Below are positions 12,601 through 24,600 of a stretch of DNA of 64,000 bases, one piece after another. The stretch lies in contig NC_087460.1 in NCBI RefSeq assembly GCF_036321535.1, positions 4,712,001 to 4,776,000 on the forward strand, in the 5' to 3' direction. The notes below the pieces were generated by a model. It did no database searches and was not told the DNA's origin. It worked only from the letters and a program-made list of their open reading frames with translations. Position numbers and translations under genes: made by a program. Origin of the DNA: Camelus dromedarius. Taxonomy: Eukaryota. Numbering within the stretch: position 1 is the first letter of the stretch; each line of letters opens with the position of its first letter.

Positions 12601-15600
12601 ATAAAAACAGTTATGGGGGGTGTGTGCGTGTGTGTGTGTGCCTACGTATATGTATATCCTGCTTTTCCCTCCTGACAGGGTCTAAAACCTCCAACGGCAG
12701 TGATATTAACTAGTCCCTGGAACTTGGTTTCTACATACCATTCTCCCATAAAAGAAACTATGACCCCATTGAGAATGGTTGATTCCAGGACTGAGCCAGG
12801 CAAGGTACAAGATGAGCCTGGAACATCTTGTGGTCCAAGAAAGTAAGAGAGCAAAAGTGAGGGGAGCATGTCAGAGACACAGGCCAAGTTGAAGGTGCTC
12901 CCAGTGGTCAAGTGTAGGACAATCTGAGCAACAAAATAAGCACTAATAGGAATGGATTAAAACACAGAATAAGAGAAACTTTCTTGAATCCATTCTGATA
13001 TAAACAAATAATTGAACAGATAAATGAAAGGAAAGTGACAGCTCATTTTTATAGGGCATTCCCATTAGAAAGTGTGGAAGGAATGATGGAGTTAGAAAAA
13101 TCACCTTTAGTAAACTCCACAGTAGTAATTGTGGCAGGTAGGAATCATCCATAGATGCCTAGTGGCTGGAACGTGGTGAGAAACAGGATATTTACATAGT
13201 TTCAGAGTATCTCCCCACGAGATACTTAGTAGTTGCAAAGGGGAAGATAGTAACTTTGCAGTGGAGACACCTGGCCAGCACTACCAATTGATCAAAGTTA
13301 AGGTGGCCAGTAATAAGACATTGACATTGTGTACTTCTTGGTATGATGCGTCAGAAGAGCCCAACCTCCATTCCTCGGTGATCTAACCGAAAGTATATGA
13401 CCTCAGTCTAATCAGGAGAGGATATCAGACAAACCTGAAGGAGGGAGACTGCACAGAGTAAACTGGCAAGGACACTTCAAGGGTCAAGATCATGAAAGAC
13501 AAAGACTAGAACAGACCAGGGAGGTATGACAAGTAAGTGCATCGTGGTGTCTTAGATTGGCTCCCGGACTGGAGAAAGGGCATACATAGAATAGCGGGCA
13601 AAATTCACATAAGGCCTGTAGATTGGTTAATAGCATTGAATCCATGTTCATTTCTTGGTTGAGAATAGATCCTTGTACTGTGGTTATATAAGACATTAAC
13701 ATTATCTGGGTGAATAGTACAGGAACTCTGTTTTTGCCACTTTTGTAATTTCAAAATTAAAAGAAAAAAAAAGATCCTGAGTTTGTGTTCACTACTAAGT
13801 TGGACAAGTCACATAGCTACTCTGACATTTAATTTCTTTTCCCATAGAATAGGCATAACACTGTCTGCTTTATCTAGCTCAGAGATGTGGTAAAACGCCA
13901 GTAAGGCTTTAACTGTAGAACAGGACAAAGTTGTAAGGTGCGATTATAATTGGTTACACTGAAATGAACTGTCTCCTTTTGTGATTCTACCAGTAAAACT
14001 AATTAATTCGATTTTGTGTCATGAATAGAATTTACTGAAAAGGCCACTCTCCTCTGTGTTGATTAATTTCTTTCATCTTTTATAGCATTTCAGGCTGCCT
14101 TTCGAGCTCAGGGGCCATTGGCAGTGCTGGAGCATTTTGATACCATCTACAGCATTCTACAGTAAGTGAAGTGCCCCTCTGGTACTTAAAAAAGGACTGG
14201 TGACTATTTGCCTTAACTTTGCATGTTAGTCCTGAAGCTCCGAATTATAGCTCACTGATAAATGGTTCTGGGTGCTGATATTTCTACTAATGAGTGTTTA
14301 CCCCAACTTGCCACCGTATTTATTCAGTTGAGCAGTTTCACATGTATTTTTAAGCATTAGGTTCCCAGGTTCAGTCTGATCTGTTAGGATGGGCTCTACG
14401 GGTTCCTGTCTCACCCCCGCACTTTCTTTCCCTCATAGTCACTTTCGAAGTATAGACCCTGGCCTCAAGGAAGATACTCTGGAATTCCTGATAAAAGGTG
14501 TTTATGGGTCCGGGGGTAGGGGATGGGAGGTGTTTCTGTTTGCTTGTTTATTGTTCCCTACATTTTATCAGCCAGATGATGATATCAAGGCTGTGGTGAT
14601 TCAGTTGGTTTGGCTAAGCCTGGGGACCTCTGACCTATTAAGGTCTGTAATCTTGGTGGGCAATACAGAGTTATGTGTGTTCACTGTAAGGGCAGACCAA
14701 CAATAAATTCTTCCTACCCTCCAACTGCCTCTTCAATAAAGGCAGTTTCTTCTGGTTGCCAGAGAAGCTGGGGTAACTGGAGTGGGAGAGTAGGGATAGG
14801 GCACGTTCAGGATGTCAGGGTCAGGGGTCCCAAAGGGCTTAGTTTGTGTTGTGGCCACTGAGAGATGAAACACAGATCTTTGGTAATCTGATGGCTGGAA
14901 GTGCTGGGTATTTTGAAGTTGGGGTGTACGAGGAAAGTGAATGAAACTGACCCCAGATTCTGCCTCTCGAAGTGGTATCCCGCCACTCCCAGGAACTTCC
15001 CACTGTCTTGGATGATGCAGCTGTGAGCGCATCAGACAGAAGCGCCCACCTAAATGCCCTCAAGATGAACTGCTATGCTCTGGTGCGCCTCTTGGAATCC
15101 TTTGAGACCATGACCAGCCAGACTAGTCTCATGGACCTGGACCTTAATGGGAAGGTAATTTGGAGTTCCTGGCTCATTTAATATAGGGTCTGGGGAGATA
15201 CAGGAATTGGTGGGAAGAAGGGAATTCAATGATTCTGAGAGTCCTTTCTGTCCTTGTGTAAGGTTTATGAGGAGGCACTCAGCAGTAGCACAATATACCC
15301 TCTACTGACTAGCAGCTTTTATATTTTGGAATCTATAATGCTTCTGTCTTACCTTGTCTTGACACTGGATAGTTTGAGCACTCAGACTAGTAGATTGTGA
15401 CCCTCTTTGCATGCTTATTTTTCTCCCAAATGTATCCTTTTTTAGGGTAGGAAAGCCCGGACCAAGGCAGCCCATGGCTTTGACTGGGAAGAAGAGAGGC
15501 AACCGATTCTTCAGCTTTTAACACAGCTCCTCCACTTGGACATCCGTCACCTGTGGAACCACTCAATAATTGAAGAGGAGTTTGTCAGGTGAGTAGTTAT

Positions 15601-18600
15601 GATTGCTACCGGTGATACCCAGCTGTGAGGAATGCAGGTTCTGTTGCTAGATATGCTTTTTGAATACATTGTTTCATGGCTAAGTTCTGTCTATGATGCA
15701 TAGAAATATGCCCGTGACATTGAGTTATTAGGAAGCAGGTAAAGGAGGTTAGAAACTTATGTGAATTTCTCACCTTTAATGCCCATTTATTCATTTATGA
15801 AACAGTATTTACTGAGAATCTCCTAGGTGCATGGCTGGTATTATTATAGACACTGAAAACCAGCATTTCTGCCCTCATATATTTTATATTACAGAGCAGA
15901 AAACAGTTTTTTAAATAAGTAAACTATATGTTTTATGGTTTATTACTGTGGAGAAAAGTAGTGGTGAGGATGGGAAGTTTGATGCGAGAGGGTTGTGATT
16001 TTAAATCAGCCATTCTAGCAAGATCTCTTCAAGATGGTGACATTTGAGCAAAGCCCCAGAGACATTTGAGAGCCCTGAGGATATCTGGAGGAAGAGCAAG
16101 GGCAAGGAAAGGAAACAGCAAGTACAAAGGAGGGCAGGTGTCCAGCACATACAAGTAATAGTACTGAGGCCAGGGCTGACAGCTGAGCCAGGGAGGGGTT
16201 GGCTGTGAGGCAGGGGGCAGTGAGGAGCCGACTGCAAGTCCTTGTAGGCATCACGGTGACTTTAGCGTTTTCTCAAAGTGAGATGGGGTCACTCGGGGTT
16301 CCGAGCAGGGCAGTGAGGTGGTCTGACTTTCCTTTAACAGAGTCATCCTGGCTATTGTGTTGAAACAGACTATGGAGAGAAGGGGAGAAAGCAGGGGACC
16401 AGTTAGGAGGCTGTTGTGGTGACTTGGATGAGAGATGACAGTAGCTTAGACCCAACAGGACAGTGGAGACAGGGAGAAGTGGATGCAATCTGTACTTTTT
16501 CTCCTTAAGGCAGAACCTATAGGATGAGCTGACAGATAGATGTGTGTGGGGTTTAAGGCAGGGTGCGGTTGAGGATGACTCGCCCAGGGTTTTGTCCAAG
16601 CATTTGGAAGAGTAGAGTTGCCAGTAACTGAAATGTGGGGGAGGCTGTGGGGGATGTCTGGGGAGACAGTTGAAGTTCTGCTTTGGACATAGAAAGTTGG
16701 AGGTGTCTATTAGACGTCCAGGTAACGTCAGATTCAGGTGTGGAACGTGTACAAAGCTGAAGTACAGGAGAGAGGTCTGAGCTAGAGGTGCACATTTGGG
16801 AATAGAATGTGTTTATGTAAGTTGTATTTGTAACCATGAGACTGAATGAGACTAGTAACTCTGTAAGCATAGCTGGAAGAGAGCAGAAGTGCAGGGACTG
16901 TACCCTGGGGCACTCCAGCATCAGGAGGGTGAGATGAGGGTGCCAAACTAGCTGAAGAAACTGCGAAGGGAATCGGGCCTCCTGAAAGCATGTTTCAGGG
17001 AGAAAGGGGTGGACCAGCTGTGTCAGATGCAGCTGAAGGTGGGGAGGGTATAGCTCAATAGTAGAGTGTGTGCTTAGCATGGACAAGGTTCTGGATTCAA
17101 TCCCTAGTCCCTCCACTGAAATAAATAAACTAATTAATCCCTCCCCCCAAAAAAAACAGGTGCAGGTGAAAGGTCAATTAAAGTGAGGAAGTCAGTTGGC
17201 CATTTAACAATGAGAAGTCATCAGTGATTTTGTCCTATCTTTTATCATATATTCAGGTTTGTGTAGGCGTCATAACTGGTTGAAAGTTGGTCATCTGGAA
17301 GGTCGGGGTGCCTCTCTGGGGGGTCAGAAAAGCAAAGCAAAGCAACTCGATGCAGGAGGCAACAGAATAAAGAAAACTGGGGCCACAGAGATAGAATGAA
17401 TGAGCCAAGCCCCAGTACAATTGATTTCATCATCTGAACTCCTCCTTTCTCAGTTTGGTTACTGGCTGCTGCTACCGCCTCCTGGAGAACCCCACCATTA
17501 GTCACCAGAAGAACCGCCCCACGCGGGAAGCCATAACCCGCCTGCTCGGAGTCGCCTTGACACGTTATAACCATATGCTGAGTAAGTTAGCCCTCCCCTG
17601 AGCCCCGCCTTGCTCATTTCGCCCATGATTTCTCACACTTCCTGCTTCCACAGGTGCCACTGTGAAGATCATCCAGATGCTGCAGCACTTTGAACACCTG
17701 GCATCTGTCCTGGTGGCAGCTGTGAGTCTGTGGGCAACTGACTATGGAGTGAAGAGCATAGTAGGAGAGATTGTGAGGTGACTCTTTCTTCTCTAAGCGT
17801 CTCATTCTCGCTTCCCTTGGGGAGACGACAAAGAAAGATTGGAAATACATTCCCTGTGTAACACTGGATCCCTTCAGATGTTAGCTACCAGCTGTACCTT
17901 CCCTTCCTGGGAACTGAGTCATTAAGTTAGATTGCCATGGCTGTTTTTTCCCCTGTGTAGAGAGATTGGCCAGAAGTGTCCCCAGGAGCTGAGTCGGGAC
18001 CCTTCAGGGGCTAAGGGCTTTGCCGCCTTCCTGACAGAACTAGCAGAACGCATCCCAGCCATCCTGATGTCCAGCATGTGCATTTTGCTTGATCATCTGG
18101 ATGGAGAGGTAGGTGGTCCCCTGGGGATCTTGGCTTTTTCTAGGGATTTTAAGTCTGTTACTGAAAGGCTATTTCTTAACAAGAGGGTAGCTTCCACGTG
18201 AAGTCAAGTTGTGTAGGCTGATCACTCTGGCAATTCCTTCCTGCAGAGAAGCAGATGAACTTTACTGAATTGAATAAAGAGCCATATGTTAACCCTGTTT
18301 CAATATCACCCTGGTTTTATCCAGGTCTGGTAGGGGAGACGGCAGTTCTACAGCTTAAGTCGAGTAAGAGTGACTTAGCTGTGATTGCATCCTGTCCGAA
18401 GCCTCTTGCTGCCGCCCGGGTCTCAGACCCACCCATGTCATCTCTCTCAGTTCTCATCCCTCAGTGTTAACCTGGCTGCTTCCCAGACTGATGCAGGCAC
18501 TCCTCGGTGAATGTCAAGGACAAAGACAGTCCACTCTTTCATCTATTGCACTTTAACTCATTATGCAAGACCCCGCTCTCTGGCTCCTGGCCTGGCAAAA

Positions 18601-21600
18601 ACTCCAAACCCTGTGTCACATCAGATTCCATAATGGATTTGGTTGGCACCAGGGCTGATTTCTGCTTCTTTGTGTCTCATTCTCTGTCAGTAAGATGTGG
18701 GGAGGGGAATGTGAGGGAAAGGTGGCGTTTAGTAGTAAGGATCAAAGGCTCAGATGACAGACATGGTAATTAGAGCTTTTCAAATGTGTGTTGGTGGATA
18801 GATGTGATTTCATATTTGCTGCCACCATGGTTACCTGGGTGAGCTTGTGGGGGAAAATTGTACTGGGCTCTTGTTTATTTTGTCCCTGCATTCTCCTCTG
18901 AGCAGACAAGGCCCTTCTGGGATTCAGTTTTTTCCAGTGACCTCGGGGTGAATACCTGCTAGGCAGTTGACCAGAAAAAGTCTGACATAAGGAAAGCAAG
19001 CTTAACTTTGCCTAAAGGCCTTACCCTTTCTTTGTGCCTGGACAAGCACAAGGGTTTAGGGAAAGGATAGTTAGTATTGGGGTGCAGAGGCCAGTACCAA
19101 CCTCACTTCCCTCTCAGAATTACATGATGCGGAACGCTGTGCTGTCGGCCATGGCAGAGATGGTGCTGCAGGTTCTGAATGGAGATCAGCTGGAGGTGGT
19201 GGCCAGAGACACCCGAGACCAGTTCTTGGACACCTTGCACGCCCATGGCCATGATGTCAACTCCTTTGTGCGGAGCCGTGTTTTGCAACTCTTCACCCGA
19301 ATCGTCCAGCAGAAGGTGAGCGGCCTTTGGCATGATAAAAGTACATGGTACCCCTCTGTGTACAGGCCGAAGAAAAGAGGGTCAAAGATACCTGTCTCAA
19401 AGAGTGTAGAATTCAGGATTTTACTACCAGTAATAGAAGTCTTCCTCTATCAAGGACAGGGGTGCCTGACTCCGTTAAAGGACAATACTGCATCTTAACC
19501 ACAACAAAGAGTACCCCCGAACTGCTCCTATCCCTAGGAAAGTTTCTTTAGAGTGAGTGGGAGCTCGTGCACAATGTACGTCACGACCATCTGGAGCAGA
19601 ATGGAAGATGTGGGGTGTGATCACATCCTCTTCCTGCCCCACATAGGCTCTGCCCCTGACGCGTTTCCAGGCAGTGGTGGCCTTAGCAGTGGGGCGCCTG
19701 GCAGACAAGTCAGTGCTGGTATGTAAAAATGCCATCCAGCTGCTGGCCAGTTTTCTCGCCAATAATCCCTTTTCCTGCAAGGTAAGTAGGCTTGGTCCAC
19801 CCAAAAGAGAAGGAATTAAGGGAAACAGATACGAAATTCTGTGACTCAGTGACTTTGATATTCATTTTACCTCTGTAGCTTAGTGATACTGACCTGGCTG
19901 GACCACTGCAGAAGGAAACCCAGAAACTGCATGAGATGAGGACCCAGAGGCGAGCTGCAGCTGCCTGTGAGTAGTTACCGCCCGAGACCTCACCCAGACA
20001 TCCTCTCCCTGCAGCCGGACTCTCAGTGCAGGGGTCTAAGTGAGCCTGTCTCATTCAGCCGCGGTGCTGGACCCAGGGGAGGAGTGGGAAGCCATGCTGC
20101 CGGAGGTGAGGGCTGCCCTGCAGCAGCTGCTGACGCTTCCCCAGGAAGCAGAGGAGATCCCTGAGGAAATTGCCGAGTTGGAGACCGCCGGAGATGTGGA
20201 AGGACGCATCCGTCGGTTGCTCGCCAAAGCGAGTTACAAGTAGGTGACAGGATGGGATGTTCTCTGGTGGCCTGTTAGGGTTAGAATTCGCCTTTGAGAG
20301 ACAATTTCTTTAAAATGAACTGCCACCAGGTGATGCTGCCACCAGGTGATGGTAGGTGTTCTCCTTGCAGTAAGAGTCTGAACACCAGGTTTATGCCAGA
20401 GGCAAAGTCTGCAATCAAGCATGCCTTTCTACTGTTGCAAATGTTTAAGGAAACTACTAAAACAGCTAAATGCAAATAGTGTTATAATTAAATATGACCA
20501 AAATCCTGCTTTATTTGAAGGAGACGTATAAGTATGATTCTAGTTCTATAAAGTAAGTTGCTTAAACTTTCTGGGCCTCAGTTTCATTACCCTTTTTTTT
20601 TTTTTTTTTTTAAGTTGATTAGATCGTATGATCTCATGATCTCTAGCAGCTTTCTAATTCCAAAATCTGTAAGCTGATAAATAATGACAGAGTTGCTCAA
20701 TCATACCTTCATCTTTCAGTCAACCTAGTACGGATCCTAATCTTAGGGAAAAGCGTTTTGTGACTAGAACTTGAGAGCAGCTTGGTGACAAAAGTCTGCT
20801 CGCGTTAAACCTCAGCCACGAGTTGTTTGCTTTCCTTCCTGCCTGACCGGGTGGCTCACAGACGGCTGAGGAGAAGGCATGCAGCCGGCTCTCCCATTCC
20901 CCGCGGCTCTCTGCTGTCTCGCTTTGCTTCGCTGAAGCATAAGGGAGACTGGTTTTCTGACCGTTCTGCCTCCAGGCATGCTAGTGACCAGTTAGAGAAA
21001 GGCTGCTGCTTCTGTTAACGGTATCTCCTCCTCCTCCAGCCTCCTCAGCCGTCGGCGCTGGGTGAGGTTCTTAGTAGTGGAGATTTTTGACTTCCAATTA
21101 CAAATTTAAACCTATGTTAAACCTTTTTAAAATAACTTTTGAAACAGTTTAATAGCAGCGGTTTTTTGTTATTGATGTTTGTTGAGCAGGAATCTACTTT
21201 TTTGAAATTAAACAATACGTTCACATGGTACAAAATTTAAAATTACAACAAGGACATGCCATGAAAAGTCCCTTCCAAACCGACTTGCCGGCCCCTTAGT
21301 TCACTTCCCACAGGGAGGCAATGTTAGTCATTATGAAGCCTCCTTCCGGAGGTAGTGCATACATACACAGTCAAACGTATTTTCATTTTTCTTTCTTTTT
21401 ACACAGGTAACAGGGAATTCTCTACCCACTGACTCACCACCTTGCTTTTTTACTTAACTGTGTGTCTTGGTGGTTTTTAATATCTGTGCATAAATAGCTG
21501 CCTCATTTGCTATGGCTCCATCGAATCCTATAATATGGACATGCTATAAATTAACCCATTATCGAAAGTTTATTTTTCCTAAACTGTCTCACAGCAAAGT

Positions 21601-24600
21601 TTTTTTAAGCAGATGTTTAGCATAGGTTTGTGGTTTTTTAAATTTAAAAAGCCTTCCTTGAGTTTTTTGAAGCCTGTGGTAAGTCTTGTTCAGAGATAGG
21701 GAGATGCTTGGAGCTCCCTCTCTTTGTAGGTGCCCCTCAACTTTGTAAGCGTGAGAAGTGTCCCTTTTCTTTGGGGCAGCAGGTCTGGGTTCTTGATGGA
21801 ATCATGAGGTGGGCTCCCTGACAGAAGGCTGTAGTGACACTCTTATGGGTGCCGACTTGTGACAGGCTGTTCTTTCAGGCAGGCCGTCATTCTCACTCAA
21901 GAAGCCGTGGGCCACTTCCAGGAGTCTGAACCCTTCTGTCACATGGACCCAGAGGAGTCAGAGGAGACCAGGTTCCTGAATCTCTTAGGAACTATCTTCA
22001 AAGGTAAATTCCTTTTCTTTCTTCAGTCAACAAACAAGATGTTCCAACTAGTATTTATGGACAATTTACTTTATGTCAGACGCTGGCCTGGCTAACAGAA
22101 CCTGGTGCTGAAAGAGGCCAGAGAGAGCTGGCTGTGCTTGTGCCCTGGCATGGAGGCAGCCCACAGGCCCAGGGCTGATAGTCACGGGGTATGAAAGGGT
22201 GTTTCCAAACGAGAGGAGGAGGAATCTTTTTGAGAAATGGACCAAGACATTTTGGAATAAATTCTAAATTTATACCTTCCTATCATAGAAACAAATATCC
22301 AGGGGTGTTTGGAGCTGTTGGATATCCCCATATACCTTTGAACAAAAACCATCCTGCGGTTCTCTAACTCCTAGGCCCAGTAGCTTCCACACAGGGGGTG
22401 AATCCCCAGGAGACTGCGGGGAACTTGGGCCCAGGAGAGACTGACCGTAAAGACAAGCCCAGTGTGTCAGAGCCTGAGAGACGCAGGGAAGACGATGAGC
22501 TGGTGAAGCAGGAGATGCTGGTGCAGTATCTGCAGGACGCCTACAGCTTCTCTCTGAAGATCACAGAGGCCATCGGCATCATCAGCAAGATGATGTATGA
22601 ACACACAACGACAGGTGTGCCTCTCCGCGCTGGGAGGACCAGTCTTGTCCGTGTTGTATTGATACTTGTCTGCTCCTTTGAAAGGCAGGGAGTCTTTATC
22701 TCCATCTGCTTTGTGTAGCCCCAGGGAGCATGTGCCGTTTACCACGGGTACTATTTCACAGTCGGGCATTTAGGGGACACAGCACCAACAGGGGGATGAG
22801 GAAGGCCTCCACGTGCACATTGCTACGTCAGGAAGGTTCTTATCCTGAAGTACTTGGGAAAGTTTTGCCAAGCAGATGGGTGACACTTGTGTCTGTCCTC
22901 TCAGTGGTACAGGAAGTGATTGAATTCTTTGTGATGGTGTTCCAATTTGGGGTACCCCAGGCCCTGCTTGGGGTGCGCCGCATGCTGCCTCTCATCTGGT
23001 CAAAGGAGCCTGGTGTCCGGGAAGCGGTGCTGAACGCCTACCGCCAACTCTACCTCAAACCGAAGGGGGACTCTGCCAGGTGAGCGCTAACCCTTCTGAA
23101 GCCAGCTTCTCCCGGGATGTGTCTCGTCTCCTGAAGGGCGGGGGCAGCATCCTTAGAAGGGAGTCCCAAATCCAGAGGCAGTAGGTCTGTAATGGGGCTC
23201 CCGATAAAACCCATCCTAAGCACTTATTTGGTGGTTTGTTGTTTACTAAAGTGTAGTTGATGTGCAGTGTTGTGTAAGTTACAGGTGTACAACACTGTGA
23301 TTCACAGTGTTAAAGGTTTTACTCCATGTATAGTTACCATAAGACATTGGCTGTGTTCCCCATGTTGTACAGCAGAGCCTCACAGTAGTAGCAGCTTATA
23401 CACGATATTTGTATTTCTTCATCCACTGCCCTGATCGCCCTTTCCCCATTCCCTCTTGCCTACTGGCACCGCTAGTTTATTCTCTGTTTGTCTGTGAATC
23501 TAAAGCAGTTGTTTACTATTTGACCCTGTGGTGGGATCGCCCTAATGACCTGTGAGCCAGGCTCAGCTTCTCAGCCTTGTAATGACCCTGATCCCTGCTC
23601 TTCCCACAGAGCCAAGGCCCAGGCTTTGATTCAGAATCTCTCTCTGCTGCTAGTGGATGCCTCAGTTGGGACCATTCAGTGTCTTGAGGAAATTGTAAGT
23701 CTCCTCCCCTCCACTTACTCATTCAGCAAGCATTAGTGAGTAATTACTGTGTGTTCAGCAATTTACTCAGCCCCAAAAAGAAGTATAAGATTATTTGCTT
23801 TCAAGTCTAGTTGGCAGCCAAAAAACAAAAGATTTCTAGAACAATGCAGCAGACAGATTGCTAGGTGCCAGAGTAAATGGCACAGGTCGTGGTTATAGCG
23901 GCAATTGTGGTGTAATAATCATGACAGAGCGTGCCAGGCACTGTTCTCAGCACTTTGCTCATATTAACTGGTTTAATCTTCATGACAGCCTTATGAGCTC
24001 GTACTGTTATCTGCATTTTACAATGAGAAATCTGAAGCACAGAGAGGTTACAGAACTTAGCTAATTATAGCTAGTTAGTGGCAAAGTTTGAGATTCAAAC
24101 TCAGGCTTAAAAGTTTCAGAAAACATACTTTGACCGTGTCTGTCATCCTGGAGTGGGGAACAGAGCAGCATGAGGTGGAATAGTTGAGGAAAAAGCTTCC
24201 TGAATGTAGCAGGACTTAATTTGGGTCTTGATGAGCAAGATTAGAGACTAAGAAAGGAAGGGAAAACATTTCAGTCAGAAAGCCAAGAGAGAGCTCTGCC
24301 TATGCTGTTGGATGACCATTTTGTTCTGGCTCAAAACTGTTATCTGGAAAAGATGGTAAAGCTGGAAATGTGGGGTGGAACTAAATCGGGAAGGTCCCTG
24401 GATGACTTGAACCTTGTCAGCCAGCAGCCCCAGCGTTTTAGTTTGGCAGATGTGCTTGGAAGCATTCAGATTATGGGACAAAAGGCAGAAGTGGTGCCAA
24501 CCACTAGTGCCCACTGGGAGGTGCACCACCGCCGGCCACGTTTTCTCCTCCCTGCAGAAAAGGAGGACCTGGTGGTGGCACCTGGCCTGCTATCTCATAG

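Noticed and set aside
14571-14896. Possible altered CAB boxes in U85
   Set aside because: I cannot place the apical loops reliably without folding and alignment, so I make no claim.
17041-17110. tRNA gene
   Set aside because: No full cloverleaf, and it has an A-rich tail and TSD, so it is a tRNA-derived SINE.
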